Source of the DNA: an uncultured Methanosarcinales archaeon | GTDB taxonomy: Archaea; Nanobdellota; Nanobdellia; Woesearchaeales; JACPBV01 | Assembly: GCA_964492935.1 (NCBI GenBank) | Contig: CAZBLF010000001.1 | Location: 28,301-92,300 of the forward strand | Length of the DNA stretch: 64,000 bases | Reading direction: 5' to 3' | Part shown: piece after piece, positions 36,404 through 47,009 of the stretch | Layout: each line of letters begins with the position of its first letter | How positions within the stretch are numbered: the first letter of the stretch is position 1 | The notes under the pieces: generated by a model | What the model was told of the DNA's origin: nothing | The model's input: only the letters and a program-made list of their open reading frames with translations | The model's database searches: none | Made by a program: the position numbers and the translations under genes

Positions 36404-37156
36404 ATGGATGCAGAAAGATTTTATGATACTGTTGGGACCACAGGACTACATAATGCTGACATATTGCGTTTTAACTGGACTTTACCTCATTTATTAGCAA
36501 AGGGTTCTCTATTGGATGTAGGATGTGGAGAAGGGTATTGGGTTGATTTTCTTGGGGAGAAGACTTCTCTTTCATTACAGGGAATGGACGTTTCTTCAGT
36601 AAGAATTGATTTAGCGAAAGATCACTTAGCAGAATCGGAGATTGAGCTTCAGGTAGCGGATATTGAAGAACTTGAGCAAGCATCGGTTGATCAGGTTACT
36701 GCTCTTGAGGTATTGGAACATCTTCCCGATTGGGAGTCAGGATTTCGAAAAATTGTTCATGCAGCACGTAAAAGGGCTATAGTTACGGTTCCCTATAATG
36801 AATGGATTCTCAATGCGGCTTGCACTGGTTGCGGTGAAGATACACCATTATATGGCCATCTTCATAGCTTAACCGAAAAGGATTTTGAGAAGATAGATAT
36901 TGATGGAAGCCTCACTTTTGACTTTTTTCATATCCCTTATGGTCTTGGACATTATGCTCTAAGGTCTCTTAATGCTTTTTCTCGGTTTTTCTCAGCTACT
37001 GAAGATTCAAATGTGGGTGATCAGACTTTGCGTACGGCCTGCCTTCATTGCTATGAAGAGACTCCGTATACACTACACATTGCTCGTGCTTCAAAAAGAC
37101 TTCTTAAATTAGCTTTCAATACTCCAGATTATCTATTGGTGCGGGTTGACAAATAA
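36404..37156 (+). CDS. Class I SAM methyltransferase with two CxxC motifs
   Basis: LLDVGCGEG, EVLEHL, CTGC, CLHC. Confidence 0.85.
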   Translation: MDAERFYDTVGTTGLHNADILRFNWTLPHLLAKGSLLDVGCGEGYWVDFLGEKTSLSLQGMDVSSVRIDLAKDHLAESEIELQVADIEELEQASVDQVTALEVLEHLPDWESGFRKIVHAARKRAIVTVPYNEWILNAACTGCGEDTPLYGHLHSLTEKDFEKIDIDGSLTFDFFHIPYGLGHYALRSLNAFSRFFSATEDSNVGDQTLRTACLHCYEETPYTLHIARASKRLLKLAFNTPDYLLVRVDK

Positions 37157-37215
37157 CTTCTTGGCTTATCTACTAAAAAGTAACCTTCTTATAGGGAGAT
37201 AGGCTTTCTATTAGT

Positions 37216-38406
37216 ATGAAGAAGCTTGTTTTAGGGGTGTGTAGCAGTATTGCTTGTTACAAGATTTTGGATTTGATTACTTCTTTGAAGTCTCGTTATT
37301 CTATTGAGGTTATTGCTACGCAGGGTGCTTTAACATTGGTTGATCAGAAGGAGTTTGAGAATGTTCTTGGCAAGGAGATTCACGTTAATGTGTTTGAGAA
37401 AGGATGGGATGCTGCGAAATATAAATCGGAAAAGTGGATGCGGCATATTTCTTTGGCTGAACATGCAGATCTGTTTGTTGTTGCTCCTGCAACTGCGAAT
37501 GTTATTGGGAAATTGGCTAATGGGTTGGCTGATGATTTGTTGTCTACCTCTGTTTTAGCTACTACTGCTCCGGTTTTAGTATGTCCGGCTATGAACGTGA
37601 ACATGTGGGGACATCCTATCGTTAAGGCTAATGTTCAGCGGTTGAAGAAGAATGGTTATTTGGTTGTGGAGCCGGATGAGGGTATGCTTGCTTGTGGGGT
37701 TGAGGGCAAGGGTCGATTGAAGGAGTTGTCGTTTATTGAAAAGGAGATTGATTCTGTTCTTGAGCATCAGGATGCATTGAAGGGTAAGAAAGTATTGGTT
37801 ACGGCTGGTGCAACTATTGAGGAAATTGATCCGATTCGTTATATTACGAACAAAAGTTCTGGTAAGATGGGGATTGCGATTGCGGAGGCTGCTGCTCGGA
37901 TGGGTGCTTCTGTTACACTGGTTCGTGGAAAGACTGAGGTTATTGCGGCTGGAGTGAAGGAAATTCAGATTGCTACGGTTGATGAGTTGATGGGGGCTGT
38001 TACTACTGCAATTCCGGGCTGTGATATTGTTATTCACGCTGCAGCGGTTTCTGATTTTTATGTTAAGGCGAAGAATGGGGAGAAAATAAAGTCGGGTTCG
38101 GAATTGGCCCTGGAATTGTCGCCTACTACAAAAATTCTTGAGAAATTGCGTGATTTAAATGAGAAGATGGTTCTTGTTGGCTTTAAGGCGGAGCATGACG
38201 TTTCGGAATCGGTATTATTAGAGAGAGCTTCACACCTTTTGGAAAGTGCTCGAGCGGATTTTATTGTGGCTAATGATGTGGGTAAAAATGCTGTTTTTGG
38301 TTCGGATGATACTGCAGTTAGTGTGGTTGGGAAAGATGGCAAAAGTGAGGAGATTTCTGGTAGTAAACGGGATGTTGCGAAAATGCTGTTAAATCACCTT
38401 TTGTAA
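37216..38406 (+). CDS. coaBC: Phosphopantothenoylcysteine decarboxylase/ligase
   Basis: APATAN, PAMN, TAGAT.E.IDPIRYITNKSSGKMG. Confidence 0.96.
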   Translation: MKKLVLGVCSSIACYKILDLITSLKSRYSIEVIATQGALTLVDQKEFENVLGKEIHVNVFEKGWDAAKYKSEKWMRHISLAEHADLFVVAPATANVIGKLANGLADDLLSTSVLATTAPVLVCPAMNVNMWGHPIVKANVQRLKKNGYLVVEPDEGMLACGVEGKGRLKELSFIEKEIDSVLEHQDALKGKKVLVTAGATIEEIDPIRYITNKSSGKMGIAIAEAAARMGASVTLVRGKTEVIAAGVKEIQIATVDELMGAVTTAIPGCDIVIHAAAVSDFYVKAKNGEKIKSGSELALELSPTTKILEKLRDLNEKMVLVGFKAEHDVSESVLLERASHLLESARADFIVANDVGKNAVFGSDDTAVSVVGKDGKSEEISGSKRDVAKMLLNHLL

Positions 38407-38437
38407 GTGAAAATTGCACAAAGTATTTAAATAGGTA

Positions 38438-39478
38438 ATGGATTCTTTTTCTATGGTGACACACAGTTCAAAGTGGACAATAGCCACTCTAGGATCGCAT
38501 TCTGCATTACAGATATTGAAAGGAGCGCAAGATGAAGGCTTTAAGACGTTAGCTATTTGTAAAAAGGGTACTGAGAAGGTTTACAAACAGTTTGGGGTTG
38601 CGGACAAGATCATTACGGTTAACGATTACATGGATTTGCTGAAGATCCAGGACAAATTGATTAAGGATAATGTCATCATTATTCCTCATGCTTCTTTTAT
38701 TGCGTATATGGGGCCTTCTAATGTGGAGAAACTGAAGATTCCTTATTTTGGGACTAAGAAAATATTAGAGCACGAATCTGACCGAAATAAGGAGAAGAAA
38801 TGGTTAGAGGGCGCTGGTTGTGTGATGCCTTTAATATTTGATAAGCCGGAGGATATTGACAGACCGGTTATCGTTAAGTTTCATGGTGCTGGTGGCGGGA
38901 AGGGTTATTTCTTGGCGCGCGATACGGCAGATTTCAAGGTGAAGATTAAGAGACATTCTGGTAAAAAGTACACGATCCAGGAATATATTCTGGGAGTACA
39001 CATGTATGCGCACTATTTTCATAGTCCTCTTACGGGTGAGACCGAAATTTTAGGTTTTGACAAGCGATATGAAAGCAATGTGGATAGTATTGGTAGGATT
39101 TCTGCGCGAGATCAGATGGCGCTGCCTGAGGAGAAGGTGGATCCGTCGTATGTTATTGTTGGAAATATTCCGGTTGTGGTTCGTGAATCGTATCTTCCTC
39201 GGTTTTTAGAGATGGGAGAGGATGTTGTAACCGTAAGTAAGAAGATTGCTGGTCGTGGTTTATATGGTCCGTTCTGTTTAGAATGTGTTATTACACCGGA
39301 AGGGGAGATTTATGTCTTCGAGATTTCGGCTCGAATTGTAGCGGGGACTAATCCTTATATTCATGGAAGTCCGTATTCGTGGTTACGCTATGATGAGCCT
39401 ATGTCGACTGGAAGAAGAATTGCTCGAGAGATTAATAATGCACTTAAAGATGATAAACTTAAAGAAGTTTTGGAGTAA
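38438..39478 (+). CDS. purP: FAICAR synthetase PurP
   Basis: IATLGSHSALQI, FEISARIVAGTN, MSTGRRIAREI. Confidence 0.92.
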   Translation: MDSFSMVTHSSKWTIATLGSHSALQILKGAQDEGFKTLAICKKGTEKVYKQFGVADKIITVNDYMDLLKIQDKLIKDNVIIIPHASFIAYMGPSNVEKLKIPYFGTKKILEHESDRNKEKKWLEGAGCVMPLIFDKPEDIDRPVIVKFHGAGGGKGYFLARDTADFKVKIKRHSGKKYTIQEYILGVHMYAHYFHSPLTGETEILGFDKRYESNVDSIGRISARDQMALPEEKVDPSYVIVGNIPVVVRESYLPRFLEMGEDVVTVSKKIAGRGLYGPFCLECVITPEGEIYVFEISARIVAGTNPYIHGSPYSWLRYDEPMSTGRRIAREINNALKDDKLKEVLE

Positions 39479-39488
39479 GGGAATCAAG

Positions 39489-40604
39489 ATGAAAGAGATA
39501 GCCAAGGTGTTAGAGGAATACGATCATTCTGCTATTACAATCGGTGTGCTTGGTGGTCATTCTGCATTAGATGTGTGTCGAGGTGCTAAGAAGCAAGGCT
39601 TTCGGACTGTGGCTGTGTGTGAGAAGGGTCGGGATAAGACTTATAGTCAGTACTATAAATCAGATGGCGAGAAAGGGATTGTGGATGAGGTTATTTTAGT
39701 AGATAAATTTTCTGATATTACTTCTAAATCGGTTCAGGATCAGTTGCGTTCGTTGAATACGATATTCGTTCATAACAGGTACTTCTGGGTGTACTGTGAC
39801 TTTGAAAAGATTGAGAAAGATTTTAAAGTTCCTATTTATGGTTCACGTTCACTTGTTAAGTTAGAGGAAAGAGATGTACCGAAGAATCAGTATTATTTGT
39901 TGGAGAAGGCTGGCATTCGGATTCCTCAGATTTTTAAGCAGGCTAAGGATATTGATAAACTTGCGATCGTTAAGGTGAATGAGGCTGAGCGAGGGTATGA
40001 GCGAGCGTTCTTTTTTTGTAATAATTTGGAGTCTTATGAGGCTAAATCTAAGGAATTGCTCGATAAGAAGACGATTACTTCCGAGGGTTTGAAGAAAGCG
40101 GTGATTGAGGAGTATGTATTGGGTGCCCACGTTAATTTTAATTATTTTTATTCTCCGTTAACTGAATCTTTGGAGTTGATGGGGACTGATACTAGACGAC
40201 AGACTAATTTGGATGGTTTCTTGCGATTGCCGGCGGATGAGCAGTTGTTGGTGTTGGAGAAAGAGCGCCCTAAATTAATTGAAACGGGTCATATCGCGGT
40301 TACGATTAAGGAAAGTTTGTTGGAGAAAGCATTTGAGGCTGGCGAGAAGTTTATTTCGGCATGTAAAAAAGAAGTTGGTGGATTGATTGGACCTTTTGCT
40401 TTGCAGGGTGCTGTTGTTGCGGAAAAGGGTAAAGAGGAGATTGTTATTTTCGATGTTTCTTTGCGGATACCCGGTAGTCCGGGAACTGCTAGTACTCCTT
40501 ATTCTGGATATTTGTATATGGATAGCATGAGTTATGGTGAACGCATTGCAATGGAGATTCAGAAGGCTTTAGGCGAAGAGAAATTAGATAGCATTTGCAC
40601 TTAA
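39489..40604 (+). CDS. PurP-like ATP-grasp paralog
   Basis: GGHSALDV, DTRRQTNLDG, FDVSLRIPGSPG. Confidence 0.88.
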   Translation: MKEIAKVLEEYDHSAITIGVLGGHSALDVCRGAKKQGFRTVAVCEKGRDKTYSQYYKSDGEKGIVDEVILVDKFSDITSKSVQDQLRSLNTIFVHNRYFWVYCDFEKIEKDFKVPIYGSRSLVKLEERDVPKNQYYLLEKAGIRIPQIFKQAKDIDKLAIVKVNEAERGYERAFFFCNNLESYEAKSKELLDKKTITSEGLKKAVIEEYVLGAHVNFNYFYSPLTESLELMGTDTRRQTNLDGFLRLPADEQLLVLEKERPKLIETGHIAVTIKESLLEKAFEAGEKFISACKKEVGGLIGPFALQGAVVAEKGKEEIVIFDVSLRIPGSPGTASTPYSGYLYMDSMSYGERIAMEIQKALGEEKLDSICT

Positions 40605-40606
40605 CG

Positions 40607-42139
40607 ATGATACTTGTATTGAATTTTGGTGGGCAGACGTGTCACTTGATAGCAAAACGTGTTCGTGGCTTGGGAGTGTATTCTGAAATTGTTCCGTTTG
40701 ATGTTTCTCTTGAACGTATTAAGAAGATGAAGCCTAAGGGTATTATTCTTTCGGGCGGTCCTAATTCTGTTTATGAGAAAAATGCACCACAGATTGATGC
40801 TGAGTTGTTTTCCTTGGGTATTCCTGTTTTGGGTATTTGTTATGGTATGCAATTAATGGGGAAGGTGTTTGGCGAGGTTGTTGGTAGGAGAGTAAAGGAA
40901 TATGGGAATAAGATGGTGACTGTGGTGAAGCAGGGTGCTTTGTTGAAGGGTTTGAAAAAGCAGGAGCAGGTGTGGATGTCGCACGGGGATCAGGTTACTA
41001 ATTTGCCTTCAGACTTTTCGGTTTTGGCTACAACTGCAGATTGTCCCTATGCTGCGGTTGAAAATGTTCGGGCTAAATTATATGGCGTTCAATTTCATCC
41101 CGAGGTGGTGCATACGTTATCGGGTGATGCTCTATTGCGTAATTTTGTTTTCTCAATTTGTAAATGTAAGAAGGATTTTGTGATTAAAGACTTTGCTCGT
41201 AAATTGATTCGTGAGATTAAGGGTACGGTTGGTAGCGAAGGAGTTATTATGGGCGCTTCTGGGGGGGTAGATAGTACGGTGGCTGCTACTCTTTTACATG
41301 AAGCTATTGGAGATAATCTGCATTGTGTGTTTGTTGATACGGGTTTGATTCGGAAGGGTGAGGCTGAAGAGGTACAAGGTTATTTTGATTCGCTTGATTT
41401 TAAACACTTTCATATGGTGGATGCTTCACGTCTTTTTTTGAAGCGATTACGAGGGGTTTCGGATCCTGAGAAAAAGAGGAAAATTATTGGTCATACGTTT
41501 ATTGATGTGTTTGAGCGGAAGGTGAAGGAGCTGGAGCGGAAATATCCTGCGATTTCGTTCTTGGGGCAAGGTACTATCTATCCTGATCGTATAGAATCTG
41601 CTCAACCTTCGAAGACTGCTTCTAAAATTAAGAGCCATCATAATTTGACGTTGCCTGAGAAAATGAAGTTGAAAGTAATCGAGCCGTTACGTGATTTGTA
41701 CAAGGATGATGTTCGGGTGTTGGGTACGGAGTTGGGAATTTCGTCTGAGTTGATTGGTCGTCATCCGTTTCCAGGTCCAGGACTTGCAATTAGAATATTA
41801 GGTGAGATTACTCCTCGCAAGATTAAGCTGGTGCAGGAAGCTGACTTTATTTTTATTTCTGAACTTCGGAAAAATGGATATTACGACAAGGTGTGGCAGG
41901 CTTTGGTTGCTTTACTGCCTGTTAAATCGGTTGGAGTGATGGGCGATGCGCGGACGTATGAGAATATGGTGGTGTTGCGTGCCGTTACTTCTATCGATGC
42001 GATGACTGCTGATTGGGCTAAGTTGCCTCCAGCTTTCCTTGAGAGAGTTTCTAATAGAATTGTTAATGAGGTCGAGGGCGTGAATAGAGTTGTGTATGAT
42101 ATCACGCAGAAACCGCCGGCTACTATTGAGTATGAATAG
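40607..42139 (+). CDS. guaA: GMP synthase (fused GATase-ATPPase)
   Basis: GICYGMQ, QFHPEV, SGGVDS, KPPATIEYE. Confidence 0.97.
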   Translation: MILVLNFGGQTCHLIAKRVRGLGVYSEIVPFDVSLERIKKMKPKGIILSGGPNSVYEKNAPQIDAELFSLGIPVLGICYGMQLMGKVFGEVVGRRVKEYGNKMVTVVKQGALLKGLKKQEQVWMSHGDQVTNLPSDFSVLATTADCPYAAVENVRAKLYGVQFHPEVVHTLSGDALLRNFVFSICKCKKDFVIKDFARKLIREIKGTVGSEGVIMGASGGVDSTVAATLLHEAIGDNLHCVFVDTGLIRKGEAEEVQGYFDSLDFKHFHMVDASRLFLKRLRGVSDPEKKRKIIGHTFIDVFERKVKELERKYPAISFLGQGTIYPDRIESAQPSKTASKIKSHHNLTLPEKMKLKVIEPLRDLYKDDVRVLGTELGISSELIGRHPFPGPGLAIRILGEITPRKIKLVQEADFIFISELRKNGYYDKVWQALVALLPVKSVGVMGDARTYENMVVLRAVTSIDAMTADWAKLPPAFLERVSNRIVNEVEGVNRVVYDITQKPPATIEYE

Positions 42140-42211
42140 TGTTTTGTAGGATAGATAAGCTTTTATATTTGGTTGCGATTGATGTTTGAAACTATTCATG
42201 GAGGCGGTATT

Positions 42212-42850
42212 ATGACAGATAATATTTTTGATGCAAGTGGGGAGGATTCTTATAATCCTAAATTGAGTGAGGCTGCTAATGCAGCTCGTGCCGCTTATCG
42301 TGATGAGCGTCATAAGGGAAGTCCCACTATGAACTCTCGTGATCCTTCTGATCCTGTTTCTTTACAACCTATGGAGAATGAAACGCTTGCTTCGAAGCTG
42401 ATGCTTGGTCTTGGACTCAGTTGGGATGAGTTAGCCGAAGCAAGAAGTCGAGATGGTTATGCTCTAGCTTATGATCCTTCTCGGAAAGATGTTAAGAGTG
42501 TTATTCAAGAGATTGCTGGGGAGAGTCTTCCTGGAGATTTAGAATCTAACCTCGGGACGGAAGCCTATGGTACCACTTTCAGATTCGACTGGACACACAA
42601 TAAAGAAGCAGGCTACGTTCACCGTGCTCAACAAGGAGACGAATCAGTGGAAATTGTTAGGTTGACTCCACTAGAAGTAGGCTGGGGACAAGAACAACAC
42701 CCCCCCATTGCAATTATTAGATATAGTGTAAAGGGTTCTGATTTTTCCCTGACAGAAGCTGATAGGGATGCAATGTGGGGATCTGATGAACCTGATGAAC
42801 CTCCTGCTTCTTCACAAAGACGTCCATCTGATGGATTGTTCAGGCTTTAA
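42212..42850 (+). CDS. Hypothetical protein
   Basis: Long ORF, no recognised motif. Confidence 0.55.
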   Translation: MTDNIFDASGEDSYNPKLSEAANAARAAYRDERHKGSPTMNSRDPSDPVSLQPMENETLASKLMLGLGLSWDELAEARSRDGYALAYDPSRKDVKSVIQEIAGESLPGDLESNLGTEAYGTTFRFDWTHNKEAGYVHRAQQGDESVEIVRLTPLEVGWGQEQHPPIAIIRYSVKGSDFSLTEADRDAMWGSDEPDEPPASSQRRPSDGLFRL

Positions 42851-42899
42851 ATTTCTCTTTTGAGAACTTTTTTAAAGGAATGGTTAGTTAGTTCTTTTC

Positions 42900-44009
42900 A
42901 TGGCTGAAGAGGAGAAAAGCTCGAACAACAAGCGTATTAAGGAGTTTGAGGACGAGTTAAAGAAGACTAAATACAATAAGCGTACTCAGCAGCATATTGG
43001 ATTAGTTAAGGCTAAGATTTCTGCATTAAAAGAGAAGGAGATTAAACGTGGTAGTGGCGGCGGTGGTCCTGAAGGTTATCACGTTCGAAAGACGGGCGAT
43101 GGGACTGTTATTCTGATTGGTTTTCCTAGTGTTGGGAAAAGTACGTTGTTAAATCAAATTACGAATGCTGAATCTAAGGTTGGAAATTATGCATTTACAA
43201 CTTTAGATGTGGTTCCTGGGTTATTGAAACATAAGTCTGCTAAGATTCAGGTGCTGGACGTTCCGGGAATTGTTAAAGGCGCAGCAAGTGGTCGAGGTCG
43301 AGGGAAAGAGGTATTGTCGTGTGCTCAGAGTGCGGACTTAGTCTTATTTATTGTTGATGCATTGCATCCGGAGAATTTGCCAACTTTAGAGAAAGAGGCA
43401 TACGATGCTCGGTTGAGAATTAATAAGAAGAAACCTTTTGTTAAGATTACTCGTACTCCGAAGGGAGGGATTCAGGTTGGAACTACGATTCGATTGACAA
43501 AAACTACTGAGGAGACGATTGCAAGTGTTGCTAAAGAGTTGAGGATTATGAATGCCGATATTTTGATTCGTGATGATATTACGGTTGATGATTTTATTGA
43601 TATTATAGAGGAAGGTAAGCGTTATGTTCCGGGTCTTGTTGTGTTGAATAAGGTTGATTTATTGACTAAAGAGAAGCTTGCTGAGGTTAAGAAGAAGGTG
43701 AAGCCGGACATTTGTATTAGTGCTGAACTGGGTCTCAATTTAGATGAATTGAAGGATTTGATCTATGAACGGATGGAGCTGATTCGGGTGTATTGTAAAG
43801 AGGTTAGAAAGAAGGCCGATTTAGATGAACCTTTAATTATGTTTGAGGATGCGACGTTGAAAGATGTGTGTGAGAAATTACACCGGGACTTTACCGATAA
43901 TTTTAAGTTTGCTCGGGTTTGGGGAAGTAGCAAATTCGATGGACAGGTTATTCGTAAATTAGGATATAAGTTGAAGGATAAGGATGTTGTAGAATTGCAT
44001 ATGCGTTAG
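42900..44009 (+). CDS. DRG-family (Obg) GTPase with TGS domain
   Basis: GFPSVGKSTLL, YAFTTL, GRGRGKEV. Confidence 0.94.
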   Translation: MAEEEKSSNNKRIKEFEDELKKTKYNKRTQQHIGLVKAKISALKEKEIKRGSGGGGPEGYHVRKTGDGTVILIGFPSVGKSTLLNQITNAESKVGNYAFTTLDVVPGLLKHKSAKIQVLDVPGIVKGAASGRGRGKEVLSCAQSADLVLFIVDALHPENLPTLEKEAYDARLRINKKKPFVKITRTPKGGIQVGTTIRLTKTTEETIASVAKELRIMNADILIRDDITVDDFIDIIEEGKRYVPGLVVLNKVDLLTKEKLAEVKKKVKPDICISAELGLNLDELKDLIYERMELIRVYCKEVRKKADLDEPLIMFEDATLKDVCEKLHRDFTDNFKFARVWGSSKFDGQVIRKLGYKLKDKDVVELHMR

Positions 44010-45550
44010 ACGTCGTATGTTCTTTTAGCTTTCTTTTTGGGGTGTTTGAAGTCTTCTAGTGCGATATGGAACATTTTCTTGCCGGCTGGTGTTGGATATT
44101 GGCCATTGAGACAGGCATTGCAGAGGTCTTCTTCTGGAATTTGGTGTGCTTTATTTAATCCTTTAATGGTTTGGTAGATTAAGGAATTGCATCCTAGATC
44201 TTTTGCGATACGGGCGCATGCTTTTTTGTCGATGTCTTTTTTTGAGATGCCATTTTCGTATTTAGAAGCAAGCAATTCTTTGATGGTGGACATATCGATG
44301 CCATAGAAACAGGGAGCTCGAATAGGGGGACAGGTGATACGGATGTGGACTTCCTTAGCCTCTCCTATTTCTTTGAGTATTCTCGCAATTTGCTTGATGG
44401 TGGTTCCACGAACGATTGAATCGTCAACGAGGAAAACTTTCTTTCCTCTCAATATTTGTTTTACTACGGTGAATTTATTCAAGACTTTGTCTGCTCTGGA
44501 AGATCCTTCAATAAAGGTTCTGCCAACGTATCGATTTCTAATTAATCCTTCCATCGAAGGCATTCCTAGCTTGAAGGCGTAGGCGTCTGCGGCTGCTTTT
44601 GCGGTGTCGGGTACCGGAACAACGATGCTGTTATCATCGATTTTCTCGGTTTCTAGTTTTGCTAGGGCTTCTCCGAGTCGTTTTCTAGTGAGATAGACGG
44701 ATTTGTTGTTGATAACGGATCCTACGTGAGCAAAATAGACGGCTTCGAACATGCAGATGGCTTTCTTCTTCTCTTCGGCGTACTTATGGATTGAGATCTT
44801 ACCTTGTTCATCGACGTGGATCATGTGTCCCGGATCTAGGTTTTTGAAATCGTGAATGCCTTGATTGACTAAGGCATTGCTTTCGGATGCTGCGAATAAG
44901 TTCCCGTCTTTGATGGCGTAGACTAATGGACGAAATCCTTTCGGATCTCGCATGACGATCATTTCTCCATATGCGTTCATGAAGGTGATGTTGTAAGAAC
45001 CGTCAAACTTTTTTGCTAGTCGCGTGAAGACATCGACAAGATTCGGGCGTTTACTCCCTTTTAACTCTCGAGAGATATAATGCATGATGATTTCGGTATC
45101 GTTATTGTGGATGAAATGGTAGTCTGATTTTTCAGAAAGGGCTTTTTTGAGTTCTGCTAGATTTACTAATTGGCCGTTGAAAGCGAAGCTGAACCATTTC
45201 CACATTCTCCCGTGCTTACGTTCGAAGGGTTGTGCACAGGATTTTTCGTTGGGACCGCAGGTTGCATAGCGGGTGTGACCGATGCCTCTGCTCCCTACAT
45301 ACATCTTGAAGATTTCAACACTCTTTCCAATATTGCTTGTTTTGAAAACCTCGTTTACCGTTCCAATGTCACGGTAGGTGTTGATGCGCTGGCTTTTTTT
45401 ATCGTTGAAGATGGTGACGCCTGCAGAAAGCTGACCACGATGTTGTAGATTGAGAAGCATACGATAGAGATAGAACAGAGATTTGCTATTATTATTGTCC
45501 ACCAAGCTGACTGCAGCAACGCCGCACTCTTCATGGACTTCATCTCCCAT
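44006..45550 (-). CDS. purF: Amidophosphoribosyltransferase
   Basis: EECG, LQHRGQ, VDDSIVRGTT, PCFYGID. Confidence 0.96.
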   Translation of the reverse strand: MGDEVHEECGVAAVSLVDNNNSKSLFYLYRMLLNLQHRGQLSAGVTIFNDKKSQRINTYRDIGTVNEVFKTSNIGKSVEIFKMYVGSRGIGHTRYATCGPNEKSCAQPFERKHGRMWKWFSFAFNGQLVNLAELKKALSEKSDYHFIHNNDTEIIMHYISRELKGSKRPNLVDVFTRLAKKFDGSYNITFMNAYGEMIVMRDPKGFRPLVYAIKDGNLFAASESNALVNQGIHDFKNLDPGHMIHVDEQGKISIHKYAEEKKKAICMFEAVYFAHVGSVINNKSVYLTRKRLGEALAKLETEKIDDNSIVVPVPDTAKAAADAYAFKLGMPSMEGLIRNRYVGRTFIEGSSRADKVLNKFTVVKQILRGKKVFLVDDSIVRGTTIKQIARILKEIGEAKEVHIRITCPPIRAPCFYGIDMSTIKELLASKYENGISKKDIDKKACARIAKDLGCNSLIYQTIKGLNKAHQIPEEDLCNACLNGQYPTPAGKKMFHIALEDFKHPKKKAKRTYDV

Positions 45551-45581
45551 GAATTTACAATCTTTATAGAATATATAAAGG

Positions 45582-45634
45582 TTGTGAATTCAAAGAATTC
45601 ACAATCCTCAGAAAACATTTGAGTTTTCGCTGGG
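45582..45634. repeat. Intergenic REP-like hairpin pair
   Basis: Perfect TTGTGAATTC-AAA-GAATTCACAA followed by a second imperfect hairpin. Confidence 0.5.
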
Positions 45635-45698
45635 TTGTGGAATGGAGTTTATGGCGAGGAATCAAAAAGCATTTATATGAATTGAGGATAGCACTGGT

Positions 45699-47009
45699 AT
45701 GGCAAAGATATTGCTTATTGGGAATGGGGCTCGGGAGCATATTATTGCTGAGAAATTAGTGTATAGCAAGGCGAAGCCGACGTTATTTGCTTACATGAAG
45801 GCTAATAATCCTGGAATTGCTAAATTGGCTGAGCAATCGGTGGTTGGACCGTATAGTGATTTGGATGAGATTGAACGTTTTGCTACTTCCTTAGGTGTTG
45901 ATTTTGTTTTTATTGGTCCAGAAGAGCCGTTAGGTTATGGGGTTGTTGATGTCTTGGAGCGAGCAGGGATTGCTTGTGTTGGACCTACTAAGGAACTTGC
46001 TCGATTAGAGACGAGTAAATCATTTACTCGGATGTTGACGGAGAAATATGACATTGAAGGCAGTCCAAAATTTAAAGTGTTCTCGAGTGATGATGGAATT
46101 TTAGAGTATTTGAAGGAGTTAGGTAGTGTGGTTATCAAAGCTGACGGTTTAGCAGGCGGAAAGGGTGTTAAGGTTCAGGGAGATCATTTTGAGACGTTAG
46201 AGGAAGGATATACCTATTGTAAGCAGGTTTTGTCGGAGCATCCGTGTGTTGTGGTTGAGGAGAAGTTGATTGGAGAGGAATTTTCATTGCAATCATTTAC
46301 GGATGGGAAATCATTGTTTCATTGTCCTGTTGTGCAGGATCATAAGCGTGCGTATGTTGGCGATAAAGGCCCTAACACGGGAGGCATGGGTTCGTATTCT
46401 TGTGGTGGATTGTTGCCGTTCATGACAGAGGAGGATTTGGAGGCGGCTAAGGAGATTACGGACCAGATGCGGGATGCATTGTTTAAGGAGACCGGTACGT
46501 TATATAAGGGCGTGATGTATGGTGGCTTTATTATTACGAAGACAGGGGTTAAATTAATTGAATTTAACGCTCGAATGGGCGATCCTGAGGCTCTTAATGT
46601 ATTGAGTATTATGGAGACGGACTTTGTTGAGTTGTGCTTAGGTGTTATTTCTGGGAATATTCACAAGGTTGAGAGTGTTTTTGCTTCGAAAGCTACTGTT
46701 TGTAAGTATGCGGTACCGGAAGGGTATCCTGAAGCTCCGGTTGCAGATGAGAAGATTTTTTTGGGTGAGGTGCCTAAAGAAGTTAAGTATTATTATGCGT
46801 CGGTTGACAAGAAGGAAGATGGCGTATACATGACGGGCAGTCGAGCGGTTGCTTTTGTGGGTGTTGCGAATGCTTTGGAGGAGGCACAGGTGCTGGCGGA
46901 GGATGGTGTTTGTTCTGCTCAAGGTAAGATTTTCCATCGAGAGGACATTGGGACTGCTCAACTCGTGCAGAAGCGAGTAGACCATATGAAGTCACTTCGT
47001 TCAGAATGA
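45699..47009 (+). CDS. purD: Phosphoribosylamine-glycine ligase
   Basis: GNGAREH, KADGLAGGKGV, QDHKR, GPNTGGMGS. Confidence 0.97.
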   Translation: MAKILLIGNGAREHIIAEKLVYSKAKPTLFAYMKANNPGIAKLAEQSVVGPYSDLDEIERFATSLGVDFVFIGPEEPLGYGVVDVLERAGIACVGPTKELARLETSKSFTRMLTEKYDIEGSPKFKVFSSDDGILEYLKELGSVVIKADGLAGGKGVKVQGDHFETLEEGYTYCKQVLSEHPCVVVEEKLIGEEFSLQSFTDGKSLFHCPVVQDHKRAYVGDKGPNTGGMGSYSCGGLLPFMTEEDLEAAKEITDQMRDALFKETGTLYKGVMYGGFIITKTGVKLIEFNARMGDPEALNVLSIMETDFVELCLGVISGNIHKVESVFASKATVCKYAVPEGYPEAPVADEKIFLGEVPKEVKYYYASVDKKEDGVYMTGSRAVAFVGVANALEEAQVLAEDGVCSAQGKIFHREDIGTAQLVQKRVDHMKSLRSE

